Source of the DNA: Raja brachyura
Lineage: Eukaryota
DNA: 64,000 nt
Direction: 5' to 3'
Assembly (NCBI GenBank): GCA_963514005.1
Contig: OY740782.1
Coordinates: 150,350,001-150,414,000, forward strand
Under the pieces are notes generated by a model. The model was not told the DNA's origin and made no database searches. It was given only the letters and a program-made list of their open reading frames with translations. This document shows, in pieces, positions 23,300-36,997 of the stretch (within the stretch, counting starts at the first letter, position 1; every line of letters begins with the position of its first letter). The position numbers were made by a program, and so were the translations under genes.

Positions 23300-23980
23300 T
23301 CATTAAGGGACAGAGGTTTAGGGGTAACATGAGGGGGAACTTCTTTACTCAGAGAGTGGTAGCGGTGTGGAATGGAAGTGGTGGCGGCAGGTTCGTTGGT
23401 ATCATTTAAAAATAAATTGGATAGGCATATGGATGAGAAGGGTATGGAGGGTTATGGTATGAGTGCAGGCAGGTGGGACTAAGGGAAAAAGTTGTTCGGC
23501 ACGGACTTGAAGGGCCGAGATGGCCTGTTTCCGTGCTGTAATTGTTATATGGTTATATGATCCTCATTTACCATCTTAAATCCATTTAAATTTACGTGAA
23601 GCCGCCACCATTCAATGATCATCAATGATAGGCTGTTTTATAGAGTAAATTGCTAGATTCTGAAGAACATGGATGTGCTGAGGCATCTTGGAGTCCAAGT
23701 TCATAGATCGCTGCAGTTGGCAGCACATGTAGATGGTAAAGTGGACGTATGGTATGCTTGCGTTCATTACTAGGGGTATTGAGCATAAGGGTCAGGAAGT
23801 CATGATGCAGTTCTATATGAGTTTGATGAGGCCACAATTGGAGCATTGAGTACAGATCCAATTGCCCCATTAAAGGGAAGAAAAGGAGGTTTTGGAGAGG
23901 GTACAAAACAGGTTAACCAGAATGCTGCCTGGATCAGCCACAGCGAGAGATTGGATATCCGTGGATTGTTTTCTCTGGAA
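23300..23980 (+). mobile_element. Fragments of older/other CR1 subfamilies
   Basis: FFTQRVVAVWN and RPQLEH-type motifs; (GTTATATG)n tail. Confidence 0.7.
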
Positions 23981-23984
23981 TGTC

Positions 23985-25423
23985 GGAGATAATTTGCGGT
24001 AAAACTTTTTCCAATCTCATTGCTAATATTTTGGAAAGAATTTTGAAATCTACATTTAACATTGATATAGGTCTATATGATGTCACTTCAGTAGGGTCTT
24101 TATCTTTCTTAAGAATTAAAGAAATAGAAGCTTCATAAAAAGATTGTGGTAATCTATTCCTTAAAAGGGCTTCTTTAAATACCTTACGTAGCAATGGAGA
24201 CAATAAATTTGAAAAATACTTTAAAAATTCTACTGTAAACCCATCTAAACCGGGAGCTTTACCAGAATTCATTGAAAAGATTGCTTTCTGTATTTCTTCT
24301 TCCGTGATGGGTTTATCTAACAACAGAGACTCATTATAGGGTAAATTTGGTACGTTCTGTTTATTTAAAAACTCATGCATTATATTGGAATCAGTAGGAA
24401 AATCTGATTGGTATAGGGAGGTATAAAATTCCTGAAAGGATTTATTAATTTCGTCATGGTCTACAGTTACTGTACCATCCCGTTTTCTCACTTTAGTAAT
24501 CTGACGCTTGGCCGACACCGCTTTCAATTGATTAGCGAGTACTTTACCAGATTTTTCGCCATGTATATAAAATTGACTTTTGGTTTTAAGTAGGTGGTTC
24601 TCAATCAGAGATACTAATAACAAATCATGTCTCAATTGAAGTTCAACTCTATTCTTGTAGAGCTCTAAACTAGGAGCTTTTGAATATGTTTTATCAATTT
24701 CCTTAATCTCATCAGCCAATGTACATATTTATTTTTGATTTTGTTTTTTTAATAATTATATGAAATAATTTGTCCACGAATAAGTGCCTTAAAAGCATCC
24801 CCGACTACACCATTGGATTTTTCTTCAGTAGAGTTTGTCAAAAAGTAAAAAGCAATCTGATCTTTCATAAAATTAATAAAGTTTAAGTCTTGAAGCAAAG
24901 TAGCATTAAATCACCATTGTTTAGCACTAAACGTGGAATCAGGTAGATTGATTGATAGTTTCAAAGGTGCGTGATCAGAAATAGCGATTGCGTCATACTC
25001 GCATGCAGTGACCGATGGAACTAGCCAAGAATCTAGCATAAAATAATCAATCCTAGAATAACTGTGATATACATGAGAGAAAAATGAAAATACTTTGTCA
25101 TTTGGGTGTAAGAATCTCCAAACTTCTAATATTCCAGAGTCAAGTAAAAAAGAATTAATGAAATTAGCTGATTTATTTGTAAGCACATGATCAGATGTAG
25201 ACCTGTCAATCAGAGAGGTTCAGACAGCAGTTGAAATCTCCACCCATTATTAAAAAGTGTTCATTTAAATTAGGAAAGGATGCAATTATCTGTTTAAAAA
25301 ACTCAGGGTGATCAATATTTGGTGCGTCGACATTCACCATAGCAACTAATAAAACCCCAGAATTTGTCATCTCACTTGATGCCAAGAAGGCGTTTGATAG
25401 AGTAGCATGGGAATACTTATTCA
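23985..25423 (-). mobile_element. L1-clade LINE ORF2 fragment (endonuclease to RT start)
   Basis: GGDFN, WRFLHP...SRIDYF...SDHAPL, GKAPGLDGF, YRPISMLNVDFKILSKILA. Confidence 0.92.
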
Positions 25424-25424
25424 A

Positions 25425-27970
25425 TCTATCTATCTATATATTAAAACTCTGTGTGTGTGTGTCGGCTTTGTGGGTGTATGTCACATCCCATTTTTTTTTT
25501 CAAATAACATTTTTGCCCTTTGATTCCGTGGTCCGCGAAAACCAGAAGCTCAAATGCCGCGATTTTTTCCATTTTGCTAGACATTACGCTTTTACATTCA
25601 CTAATGCACTCCTCATTACATTTAGACATTTTTACGTACACTTTTTTAATAAAATCTTTCGCCCCCCCCCAATATTTCAAAATATTTAAAAAATCAAATT
25701 GCTCTCACCCATAGAATGTTGTTGAACGTTCCATTGTGTGATGTCACAATGCCCAATGCTCACAGATGTCCAATCGGAATGGATCTAATTTACATCTGCC
25801 TTTGCACCAGCCCCCCATCCCCTTTAGAGAAAGAGGATTGGGGGTGATGGGGAGTGGAGAATAGATGGACTGCCCCTACCCCTCCCCCTCCCACTCTACA
25901 GCCCCACTCTTTCCCCACTCTCCCCCACCCCTCTCCCCCTCCCTCCACACTCTTCCCCCTCCCTCCCCTATCCCATCTCCCTCCTCCCCTCCCTCCCCCT
26001 CCACACCGCTCTCCCCTTCCATATCCGTCTCTCCTCCCCACCCCTCTCTCCTCCCCCTCTCCATCTCCCTCTCCCCTTCCCTTCCCCACCCCTTTCGACC
26101 TCCCTCACCCACCCTCCCCCTCTACCACCCCCTCCCACCTACCCCTGTCTCTTCCTTTACCCTCCCCGCTCTCCTCCCCATCCTCATCCCCCTTTCGCTC
26201 CCTTCCCCCTCCCCTCTCCTCCCCCTCCCCAATCTCTCCACATCTCCCTCTCCCCACTCTCTCCCCATCTCCCCCTCCCCAAACTCTCCCCATCTCCCCC
26301 TCCCTTTATCCCCACCCTCCCCCCCTCATTCACCCATCCTCTCCTCCTCCCCTCCACCCCCCTCTCCCTCTCCGTCTTCCCTTCTATCTCTGCCCCTCTC
26401 TCTCTGTCTCTCCCCACTCTCTCTCTCTGCCCTCACTCTCTAACCCCCCCCCCCCCCCCCAGACGCGCCTGCGTGTTGGGGGCTATGTGTCAGTCAGGCA
26501 CGTGCCGTGAGTAATTGCTCAGGGTAGGCAGTCAGTCGGCTTTTTAAAGAAAATTAAACCGCGCATGCGCAGATTGTTGTCTCCGTGAAAATTAAAAATG
26601 AAAATAAAGACAGTAACAATTCAATTTACCCAAGGCTTCCAAGTCTCCTTCATTCTGAATTACTGAATGGGTGAAGGGTGATGGCAGCTGGAGAGATGGT
26701 GGGAAAAACGGGAGCACAGGGAAAAGTTGAACCAGTTGTCATCTAATTGAATGACAACACTTGTTCAAGGGACCAATTGGGGGAGAGTTCCTTTCACAGC
26801 GTGTGGAGAGTCTGTGCCAGGGTTAATGTTGTGGGGAGGGCAGGAGTGTTGGGTCAGGGATAATGCCAGTAACTTACTCACTCATCGCTGCCGCAGTGCT
26901 CCGGGCGCCACCGCACTGTAGCCGGGGATAGAAGCAGCTCGGCTGGCTGCGAGCGGCCGCCGGGACTCGACAGCAGAACTGACCGCCACTTCAGCGCCTT
27001 CTGCCGGCCCGCTCACCTCTGGCAGTGCTCTCTGTCTGAACACCTCTCACCTGCCACTCGCCGACTTCGCTCATGTCAGCGGCTTCCTGCAAATCCTTCA
27101 ATTCCCACAGCCGGGTAACCTCAACCTCAACCTGACATGAGTGAGGCCAGCGAGCGGCAGGAGAGGTTTTTAGATGGAGAGCTGCCAGAGATGAGCGGGC
27201 GCCAGCAGAAGGAGCTAAGCTGGCGGCTGGTCCGCTCTCCAGCACAGCAAGGAGCGTCGCAAGTGGCATGCTCCCGACCCCTCCTTCACAACATTCGTGC
27301 CCTCCCCGTAACTTTATCCCGGGCCAGCCTCCCCAAACGCTGTGAAAGAAGCTCTCCCCCCACACCCCGGGAAATACGGTATTTAAAAACATAAACACAA
27401 AATGTACTTACCACATTATTGGTACACAAACTCCATTCTTCTCTCTTTCTTTCCTAACATACAATTAAAATAATGACAATCCATATTTGAAAACCCCGCC
27501 AAGAAACCAGTGCTGCGCATGCGTAGTGCTGCAAAGGCAGAATTTCTGCTGCCTTCAGCCCCGCTTGTCGTTGACGGCTTCAGGCAGCGCTGACGGCACG
27601 TGGGCTGCACAGAGCTTCAAGGGTTACAAGTGCTGCGGATGAAAGGCACGGAGAATTATGCCTACCTAAGAGATCGATCTCTTAGACAGGCATAATTCTC
27701 CCATGCATTATTATTTATATTTAGTAATTACTATGTTATAATTTTAGTCAGGGTAGGCAGTGCCTACCTTGCCTACCCTGACGGCACGTGCCTGGCGTCA
27801 GTGGATAGGGCAATTATGGGGTAAAAGGAGCAAATTAATAATATTAATATAATATCAAGGGGGGTAGTTAGTGTGTGTGCGGGGGGGTAGTTAGTGTGTG
27901 TGCGGGGGGGTAGTTAGTGTGTGTGCGGGGGGGTAGTTAGTGTGTGTGACGCCACAGGCTGCCCCCCCCC
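25425..27970 (+). mobile_element. Possible non-autonomous Helitron-like repeat with internal CT-rich and (TAGTTAGTGTGTGTGCGGGGGGG)n tracts, interrupted by a hAT element
   Basis: Begins TCTATCTATATATTAAAACTC as many Helitron-type repeats do; no 3' CTRR/hairpin end identified. Confidence 0.3.
26495..27794. mobile_element. Non-autonomous hAT DNA transposon (1300 bp)
   Basis: TIR CAGGCACGTGCCGT(G/C)AG at both ends; 8-bp TSD GTGTCAGT (26487-26494) / GCGTCAGT (27795-27802); subterminal AGGGTAGGCA repeats. Confidence 0.88.
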
Positions 27971-28299
27971 CACAACCGCTCTCTCTCCCCTCCCATCTCT
28001 CTCTCCCCTCCCATCTCTCACCCCTCCTCCCCCACCCTCCCCCTCACCCTCACCGTCCCTCCCTCACCCACCCTCCCTCTCCTCCTCCCCTGCACCCCCA
28101 CTCCCTCTGTCCCTACCCCTTTCTTTTTCTCTCCCATTCTCTCTGCTCTCACTCTCTACCCTCCCCTCTCTCTCTCCCCTTCTCTCTCTCCCCCTCCTCT
28201 ATCTCTCTCCCTCTCTCCCCCCTTCTCTCTCTCCCCTATCCCTCTCCCTTCTCCCTCTCTCTCTCTCCCTCCCCCCCGTCTCTCTCCCTGAACTCTCGA

Positions 28300-29265
28300 C
28301 CACACCGACCAACAATGTCCCAGCTACACTTGTCCCACTTTCCTGCGCTTGGTCCATAACCCTCCAAACCTGTGCTATCCATGTACCTGTCCAACTGATT
28401 CTTAAACGATGGGATAGTCCCAGCCTCATCTACCTCTGGCAGCTTGTTCCATCCACCCATCACCCTCTGTGTGAAAATGTTACCCATCGTATTCCTATTA
28501 AATCTTTTCCCTTTCATCTTCAACCCATGTCCTCTGGTCCTCGATTCCCCTATTCTCATCATTTTGTACACCTCTATAAGATCACCCCTCATGCTCCTGC
28601 GCTCCATGAAATAGCGACCTGGCCTACTCAACCTCTCCCTATAGCTAACACCCTCTAGTCCTGGCAACATCCTCGTAAATCTTTTCTGAACCCCTTCAAG
28701 CTTGACAACATCTTTCCTATAACATGGTGCCCAGAACTGAACACAATATTCTAAATGCGGCCTCACCAACTTTTTATACAACTGCAACATGACCTCCCAA
28801 CTTCTATACTCAATGCTCTGACTGATGAAGGCCAAAGAGCCAAAAGCCTTGTTGACCACCTTATCTACCTGCGACTCGACCTTCAAGGAACCATGCACCT
28901 GTACTCCTAGATCCCTCTGCTCTACAACACTACCCAGAGGCCTACCATTCACTGTGTAGGTCCTGCCCTTGTTCAAAGATGCAAAATGCAGCACCTCACA
29001 CTTCTCTGTATTAAATTCCATCAACCATTCCTCCGCCCACCTGGCCAATCGATCCAGATCCTGCTGCAATCGTTCACAACCATTTTCACTATCTGCTAAA
29101 CTTACTTTTTACCATCAGCAAACTTGCTAACCTTGCCCTGTATGTTCTCATCCAAATCATTGATGTAGATGACAAACAGTAACGGGCCCAGCACCGAACC
29201 CTGAGGCACACCACTAGTCACAGGCCTCCAGTCCGAGAAGCAACCTTCCACCATCACCCTCTGTT
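28300..29265 (-). mobile_element. CR1 LINE (second subfamily) 3' half
   Basis: ORF 28236-29069 DLDRLARWAEEWLMEFN...RPHLEYCVQFWAP; [10 protein letters not shown] upstream. Confidence 0.93.
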
Positions 29266-29289
29266 TCAGTACTTCCTCGACGGTAACCC

Positions 29290-29780
29290 TGACTGCTGTC
29301 ATGACACTTCCAGTGACCGGATGCGACTGGAGATGAGATCACGTTGAAGATATTGGAAATGTCGGAGAATGATATATTATATGTGCAGGCTGGTGTGGTG
29401 AAAAGCGAGGTCCAGAGGAACATTATCCTTGTTCCGTCTGAGGAAGGGCGAGCGAGAGCAGAACTGCGAGACACAGGGAAGATATGGATGGAGGTGTAAT
29501 CCACAACTGCACGGCCAAACCACGGCTACTGAAATTAAAGGAAGGTTTCGCATGTCGCTGGGTGAAAAGCGTTATCGTAGAAGTAGAAGTAGCTGAGACG
29601 GAGAAATCGAGAGTAAGGGATGGCTTCCTTGCAAGGGGCAGATTGGAAGGATGCAGTCAAAGTGACTGAGAGTCAGCGGGTATTAATGGACGTCTGTGCG
29701 TAGTCTACCTTTTGTGATGGAGACAGACAGATCCTGAAAGCAGAGTTCAGTCACAGAGATTGTCCTCGTGAATGTCTGTT
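29290..29780 (-). mobile_element. Old Penelope-like fragment
   Basis: Degenerate similarity to the PLE fragment at 8845-9250. Confidence 0.5.
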
Positions 29781-29959
29781 GTTCTATTGAATTTCTCCAT
29801 GTCAGTAACACTCTCTGTAGATGTAAAGCCACTCAAGCGTCACTACGTTCTGCCAAATTCTGAAAGTATTTGACATTAAGTCAAGGTGAATTATCATCAT
29901 TTATTCACATTTAAACTCTCTGACACGTCATTTTTACCATGTTATGCTGTTTATCATAT

Positions 29960-30405
29960 GCTGAGGGAATGGAGCAGCTGGGCTTGTAAACTCTGGAATT
30001 TAGAAGATGAGAGGGGATCTTATTGAAACATATAAGATTATTCAGGGTTTGGGTACGCTAAAGGGAGGAAACATGTTCCCGATGTTGGGGGAGTCCAGAA
30101 CCAGGGGCCACAGTTTAAGAATAAGGGGTAAGCCATTTAGAACGGAGACGAGGAAACACTTTTTCACACAGAGAGTGGTGAGTCTGTGGAATTCTCTGCC
30201 TCAGAGGGCGGTGGAGGCCGGTTCTCTGGATACTTTCAAGGGAGAGCTAGATAGGGCTCTTAAAGATAGTGGAGTCAGGGGATATGGGGAGAAGGCAGGA
30301 ACGGGGTACTGATTGGGGATGATCAGCCATGATCACATTGAATGGTGGTGCTGGCTCGAAGGGCCGAATGACTTACTCCTGCACCTATACTATTGTCTAT
30401 TGATA
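29960..30405 (+). mobile_element. CR1 3' fragment
   Basis: ORF 30007-30312 plus tail. Confidence 0.93.
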
Positions 30406-31194
30406 TTGCGCATGGGACATGCTCCAGCGAAATATTTGTAACACGATTTCATGAACAACAGTGTTGTAGACTGAAAAATATTATAGTAACGGATCATGAC
30501 TAGACACGAACATTAACGAATTGCAGCAAGGTAGGCCATTCGGCCCTTAAAACTGGTTCAGCCTTCAACCCAATCACTGCTGCTGTTCATGAGTCTGATT
30601 CTTCCAAATATTATTAGATCCCTCCAACTCCAAGAACTGCATGTAGCAAATTTGTGAATGGATGTAATGAGTGTCCATTCGGTCTTTTAATCATTTACAC
30701 TTCTCACTTTCAGTCCAGAGTGCCTTTGGGTCCAAACTGTCAGAGAGCACAATTAAATTATGAATCCTAAAGACCCATTGGTTATCCAATTGCGTCGCCA
30801 GTTGAGGGTATGAGACACGTGTTGCTGGGCAGATCTTGGAGTTGTTAGTTTGCAGTCAGCAGCTCTGTGCATCGGGCTGGAATCAGTACATTCATTTCTC
30901 TAAATAATCCACAGGTGCTTCCGTTCAGTTACCTCCTGCTCTTTGCTAACGGTGGAGTGTTGGACTCCAGCCACATCATATGTGGGGGAAAGGTGAAAAC
31001 AATTGGAATATGAATAAATATGAAATGCCATTCAATTAAAAAATATTAAGCTTTAACGGCGAGTTCTGAGGCTAATAAAATGAAGTGAGACACAGATGCG
31101 GCAGGGAAAACGTAACATTTTGGCCGATCATTCATGATCAAGTTGAACGACCAATAAGCAATAATGCAATAGCAAGGAGAGACATTAGTGTGGA

Positions 31195-34100
31195 TGTTGT
31201 AAAATCAGTATGGGTAGAACTGTGAAATAGCCAAGGGCAGAAAACACTTGTTGGAGTGGTGCACAGACCCCAAACAGCAGGATGGAGGTTGGGGATAGCA
31301 TCAAGCAGGAAATTAGGGATGCGTGCACCAAAGATACAGCGGTTATCATGGGTGACTTTAATTTACCGATAGATTGGGCCAATCAAATTGGTAAAGGTGC
31401 TGAGGAGGATTTCCAGGAATGTACACGGGATGGGTTTTTAAACCAATATGTAGAGGAACCGACTAGAGGGCAGGCTGGGTATTGTGTAACGAGGAAGGAT
31501 TAGTTAGCGATCTTGTTGTGCAAAGCCCCTTGGTCAACCGTGACCATAATATGGTGGAATTCCACATTAGAATGGACAGGGACACGGTTAATTCAGAGAC
31601 CAGGCTCCTGAACTTGAGTAAAGAAGACTTTGAAGGTATGAGACGGGAACTGGCTCGGAGAGACGGGCAAATTTTATTTAAAGGGTTGACAGTGGAGATG
31701 CAATGGTGAAGATTTAAAGACCGCTTAGATAAACTCCAGAAATTGTTAGAGTCACAGAGTCATAGTGTACTACAGTGTGGAAACAGGCCCTTCGGCCCAA
31801 CGTGCCCACATCGGCCAACAATGTCCCAGCTATACTAGTCCCACTTACCTGCGCTTAGTCAATATCCCTCCAATCCATTTCATATCAATGTACCTGTCTA
31901 ACTGTCTTTTAAACGATGGGATAGTCCCAGCTGTAACTACCTCCTCTGGCAGCTTGTTCCATACACCCACCACCCTTGGTGAAAAAACGTTACCTCTCGG
32001 ATTCCTGTTAAATCTTTTCCCCATTCACCTTGAACCCATGTCCTCTGGTCCTCGATTCCCTCAATCTGGGCACGTGTCGGGGCATCTTCCCGACCTATTC
32101 CTCTCATGATTTTATACACCTCTATAAGATCTCCCCTCATCATCCTCCTGCGCTCCATGGTGAAAGAATAAAACTGGGAAGGAGGCTTAACCGTGGCTGA
32201 GGAGGGAAGACAATGATAGTGTTAAAGCCAATGTAGAGGCACATAAATTGGCCAGAAGAAGCGGCAAATCAGGGGACTGGGAGAAATTTGGAACTCCAAC
32301 AGAGGAGGACAAAGGGGTTAATTAAGAGGGGGGAAGAGCATGAAAGAAAGCTTGGGGGGAATATAAAAACTGGCTGTAAAAGTTTATTCAGGTATGGAAA
32401 ATGTAAAAGATTAGCAAAGACATATGTAGGTCCCTTACAGTCAGAGACAGGTGAATTTATAATGGGAAACAAAGAAATTGCAGAACAGTTAAACGAGTAC
32501 TTTGATTCTGTCTTCACTAAGGAAGACACAAACAATCTCCCAGAAATACTAGGGGACCGAGGATCTAGTAGGAGGGAGGATCTGAAGGGAATCCACATTA
32601 GTCAGAAAATGGTGTTAGGTAAAGTGTTGGGACTGAAGGCAGATAAATCCCCAGGGCCTGATGGTCTGCATCCTAGACTCCTCAAGAAGTTGACCCTAGG
32701 ATGCATTAGTCATCATTTTTCACTGTTCTCTCGACTCTGGATCAGTTCCTGTGGACTGGAGGGTAGCTAATGTAACTCCACTTTTTAAGAAAGGAGAGAG
32801 AAAACGGGGAATTATAGACCAGTTAGCCTTACATCGGTGGTGGGGAAGATGCTGGAGTCGAATATTAAAGATGTTATAGCAGCACATTTGGAAAGCAGTG
32901 ACGGGATCGGTCAAAGTCAGCAAGGGGAAACCATGCTTTACTAATATTTTGGATTTTTTGAGGATGTAACAAGTAGAATGGATAAAGGCGAGCCAGTGGA
33001 TGTGGTGTATCTGGACTTGCAGAAAGCCTTTGACAAGGTCCCACAAAAGAGATTAGTGTGCAGAATTAGAGCACATGGTATTGGGGGTAGAGTATTGACA
33101 TGGATAGAGAACTGGTTGGTAGACAGGAAGCAAAGAGTAGCAATTAAAGGGTCCTTTTCAGAATGGCAGGCAGTGACTAGTGGGGTGCCGCAAGGCTCGG
33201 TGCAAGGTCCCGGTTGTTTACAATATATATCAACAATTTAGACAAGGGAATTAAATGTAACATCTCTAAGTTTGCAGGTGATACAAAGCTAGGTGTCAGT
33301 GTGGGCTGCAAGGAAGATGCTATGCGGCTGCTGGGCTTATAGCATCTTGTATAGGTTGGGTGAGTGGGCAGAAGCATGGCAGATGCAGCATAATGTGGAT
33401 AAATGTGAGGTTATCCACTTTGGTAGCAAGAACAGGAAGGTAGATTATTATCGGAATGGTGTCATTGTTATTAGGAAAAGGGGAGGTGCAACGAGACCTG
33501 GGTGTGCTTGTACATCAGTCACTGAAAGTAAGCATGCAGGTACAGCAGGCAGTGAAGAAAGCTCATAGCGTTGGCCTTCATAGCGAGAGGATTTGAGTTT
33601 AGGAGCAAGGAGGTCCTACTGCAGTTGTCCAGAGCCCTGGTGAGACCACACCTGGAATATTGTGTGCAATTTCTGTCTCCTAATTTGAGGAACGACATTC
33701 TTGCTATTGAGGGAGTGGAGTGTAGGTTCACCAGCTTAATTCCCGGGATGGTAGGACTGACGTATGATGAAAGAATGGGTTGACTGGACTTATATTCGCT
33801 GTAATTTAGAAGGATGAGAGGGAATCATGTAGAAACATATAAAATGCTTAGAGCATTGGACAGGGTAGATGCAGGCATAATGTCCCGATGTTGGGGATGT
33901 CCAGAACTAGGGGTCACAGTTTAAGATTTTAAGGGATGGGCCATTTCGGACTGAGATGAGGAAAAACCTTTTCACCCAGAGAGATGTGAATCTGTGAAAT
34001 TCTCTGCCACAGAAGGCAGTGGAGGCCAATTCACTGGACATTTTCAATAGAGAGTTAGATTAGCTCTTAGGGCTAACGGAATCAATGGATATGGGGAGAA

Positions 34101-34222
34101 GGCAGGAACGGGGTACTGATTTTGGATGATCAGCAATTATCATATTGAATGGCGGTGCTGGCTTGAAGGGCCAAATGGCCTACTCCTGCACCTATTTTCT
34201 ATCTTTCCATGTTTCTATGTTC
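31195..34222 (+). mobile_element. Near full-length decayed CR1 ORF2 (EN+RT), with an antisense CR1 tail inserted at ~31745-32160
   Basis: MGDFN/EEPTR endonuclease motifs through RT motifs to the tail. Confidence 0.92.
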
Positions 34223-34844
34223 CTAACGCGTAATCTGAGATCGAACGGCCCACTGATGCGATCTATCTGTTACCTTTTGTCCTCCTATATTATATCAAAT
34301 TCATTTCAACTCGCTGCCATATCGATGTGGTTCCCCGTGTCTTCTCAAAGACTACAGTAGTCCATTAAATAGATGTGGGGAAAACTAAATTAACCTTATT
34401 AACGCCTCAATTGTTAATAAGGTTAATTAACTTCCCTCTAATTGTTTGTGTTTATGTGGCTCTGCACAAACGGTCTTTGTTATCATAAGAATGCACATTG
34501 AATAAATGATAAAATGACTAATAGCATAAGGAAGGAATGCATTAAGATTCTGCCGAATCAGAATATCCCCCCCCTTCCACATTTTCTGTGGCCGACGACA
34601 AAACATTTCATTATGAATGATGGGCAAGAGCTCACCATGTACCTGAAAGGATACACCTGTGTCGGCCGTGCTGCTAAATTAATCAGGCACTTTCAATCTG
34701 CTGCTCAAACACTGACAACTTTGATGGTGAACAACAACTAACAAAATAAAAAAAACGACCTCGCAATCTATATCTCGCAAACCTCCAGCTACCAATCGCA
34801 TTGGTTACATGCTGCATCATTTCGATTGAACTGTCAGGAGTACA

Positions 34845-36246
34845 TAGAGACACATAGAAATTAGGTGCAGGAGTAGGCCATTCGGCCCTTCGAGCCTGCA
34901 CCGCCATTCAGTATGATCATGGCTGATCATCCAACTCAGTATCCCGTACCTGCCTTCTCTCCATACCCTCTAATCCCCTTAGCCACAAGGGCCACATCTA
35001 ACTCCCTCTTAAATATAGCCAATGAACTGGCCTCAACTACCCTCTGTGGCAGAGAGTTCCAGAGACCCACCATTCTTTGTGTGAAAAAGGTTTTTCTCAT
35101 CTCGGTCTTAAAGGATTTCCCCCTTATCCTTAATCTGTGACCCCTTGTCCTGGACTTCCCCAACAATCTTCCTGCATCTAGCTTGTCCAACCCCTTAAGA
35201 ATTTTGTAAGTTTCTATAAGATCCCCTCTCAATCTCCTAAATTCTAGAGAGTATAAACCAAGTCTATCCAGTCTTTTTTCATAAGACAGTCCTGACATCC
35301 CAGGAATCAGTCTGGTGAACCTTCTCTGCACTCCCTCTATGGCAATAATGTCATTCCTCAGCTTTGGAGACCAAAACTGTACGCAATACTCCAGGTGTGG
35401 TCTCACCAAGACCCTGTACAACTGAACCTCCCTGCTCCTATACTCAAATCCTTTTGCTATGAAAGCTAACATACCATTCACTTTCTTCACTGCCTGCTGC
35501 ACCTGCATGCCTACTTTCAATGACTGGTGTACCATGACACCCATGTCTCGCTGCATCTCCCCTTTTCCTAATCAGCCACCATTTAGATAATAGTCTGCTT
35601 TCCTGTTTTTGCCACCAAAGTGGATAACCTCACATTTATCCACATTATACTGCATCTGCCAAACATTTGCCCATTCACCCAGCCTATCCAACTCACCTTT
35701 CCTAGCATCCTCCGCACAGCTAACACTGCCCCCCAGCTTAGTGTCATCCGCAAACTTGGAGATGTTGCCTTCAATTCCCTCATCCAGATCATTAATATAT
35801 ATTGTAAATAGCTGGGGTCCCAGCACTGACCCGTTCACTCCTACTCTTTGCTTCCTGTCTGTCAACCAGTTCTCTATCCACATCAATACTGAATCCCCAA
35901 TACCGTGTGCTTTAAGTTTGCATACTAATCTCTTATGTGGGACCTTGTCGAAAGCCTTCTGGAAGTCCAGATACACCACATCCACTGGTTCTCCCTTATC
36001 CATGCTACTAGTTACATCCTCGAAAAATTCCACAAGATTCGTCAGACATGATTTACCTTTTGTAAATCCATGCTGACTTTGTCCAATGATTTCACCACTT
36101 TCCATATGTGCTGCTATCCCATCTTTAATAACTGACTCTAGCAGTTTCCCCACTACCGATGTTAGACTAACTGGTCTGTAATTCCCCGTTTTCTCTCCAC
36201 CTCCCTTCTTAAAAAGAGGGGTTACGTTTGCTACCCGCCAATCCTC
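34845..36246 (-). mobile_element. CR1 insertion with AGTACA target duplication
   Basis: AGTACA at 34839-34844 and 36247-36252; empty site GGAGTACACATT in copy 2 (~42401). Confidence 0.92.
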
Positions 36247-36710
36247 AGTACACATTCTGATCATGTAAATCCCGGCTACTATGTTTGATTGGGATTAGCT
36301 TTCACGTGTACAGTGGGATCAATGTCTCTTAGATTCTGTATGGAATCTGTTTAGAGATTATCTGACACAGAGTTATCAGGTAATTCATATAGTGGGTATG
36401 ATTACTAGTCACGCACCACACAGATAGTGACCTGAGGAAAACAGAGTAAAATTCCGAATGGATGCTCATTATCTTCCAGTTTAGCGAAGGCCAGAGGTGT
36501 CCACATTGTTTCCCTTTGCACACTGAAGCCGAGTACATGAAGTCAACGCTTCTGCGTGAAGGTCACTGGGTGATATAGTGTAGGCGTGTGTGAAAATGTA
36601 AAACATATCTGGGATGATCAGTGGGGTCTGGATTCCATGTACTTTAGCCAGAGCACACAGACGTTTTACAAATCGACCAATGCTGCGATCCATGTGTTCC
36701 CCGCGTATTT

Positions 36711-36850
36711 TCCCCAGTCTGAAGAAGGGTCTCGACCCGAAACGTCGCCTATCTCCTTCGCTCCTTAGATGCTGCTGCACCCGCTGAGTTTCTCCAGCTT
36801 TTTGTGTAACCCTCGATTCTCCAGCATCTGCAGTTCCTTCTTTATCTCTT
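36711..36850 (+). mobile_element. Penelope-like pLTR fragment with hammerhead-ribozyme core
   Basis: CTGAAGA-A-GGGTC(TC)GACCC-GAAAC-GTC at 36719-36746; absent from duplicate copy 2. Confidence 0.75.
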
Positions 36851-36997
36851 TCTGACTATTGAGTGCAGTAGAAATACGCCTTTGGCGCATGCACTGCCAT
36901 GCGCTTATGTTAAACCTATCAACCCTTATGATTTAATTGTCAATTAATTGTATATTTCACATTGTTTTAGTAAATTAATGCACCGCAATACAACAAC

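Noticed and set aside
25790-26510. Pro/Ser/Leu- or Gly/Glu/Arg-rich ORFs (also 27921-28658 and 49659-50330)
   Set aside because: Translations of CT/GA low-complexity DNA
30915-30992. Possible 78-nt + strand exon (VLPFSYLLLFANGG...)
   Set aside because: Weak donor, no partner exons, no recognisable homology
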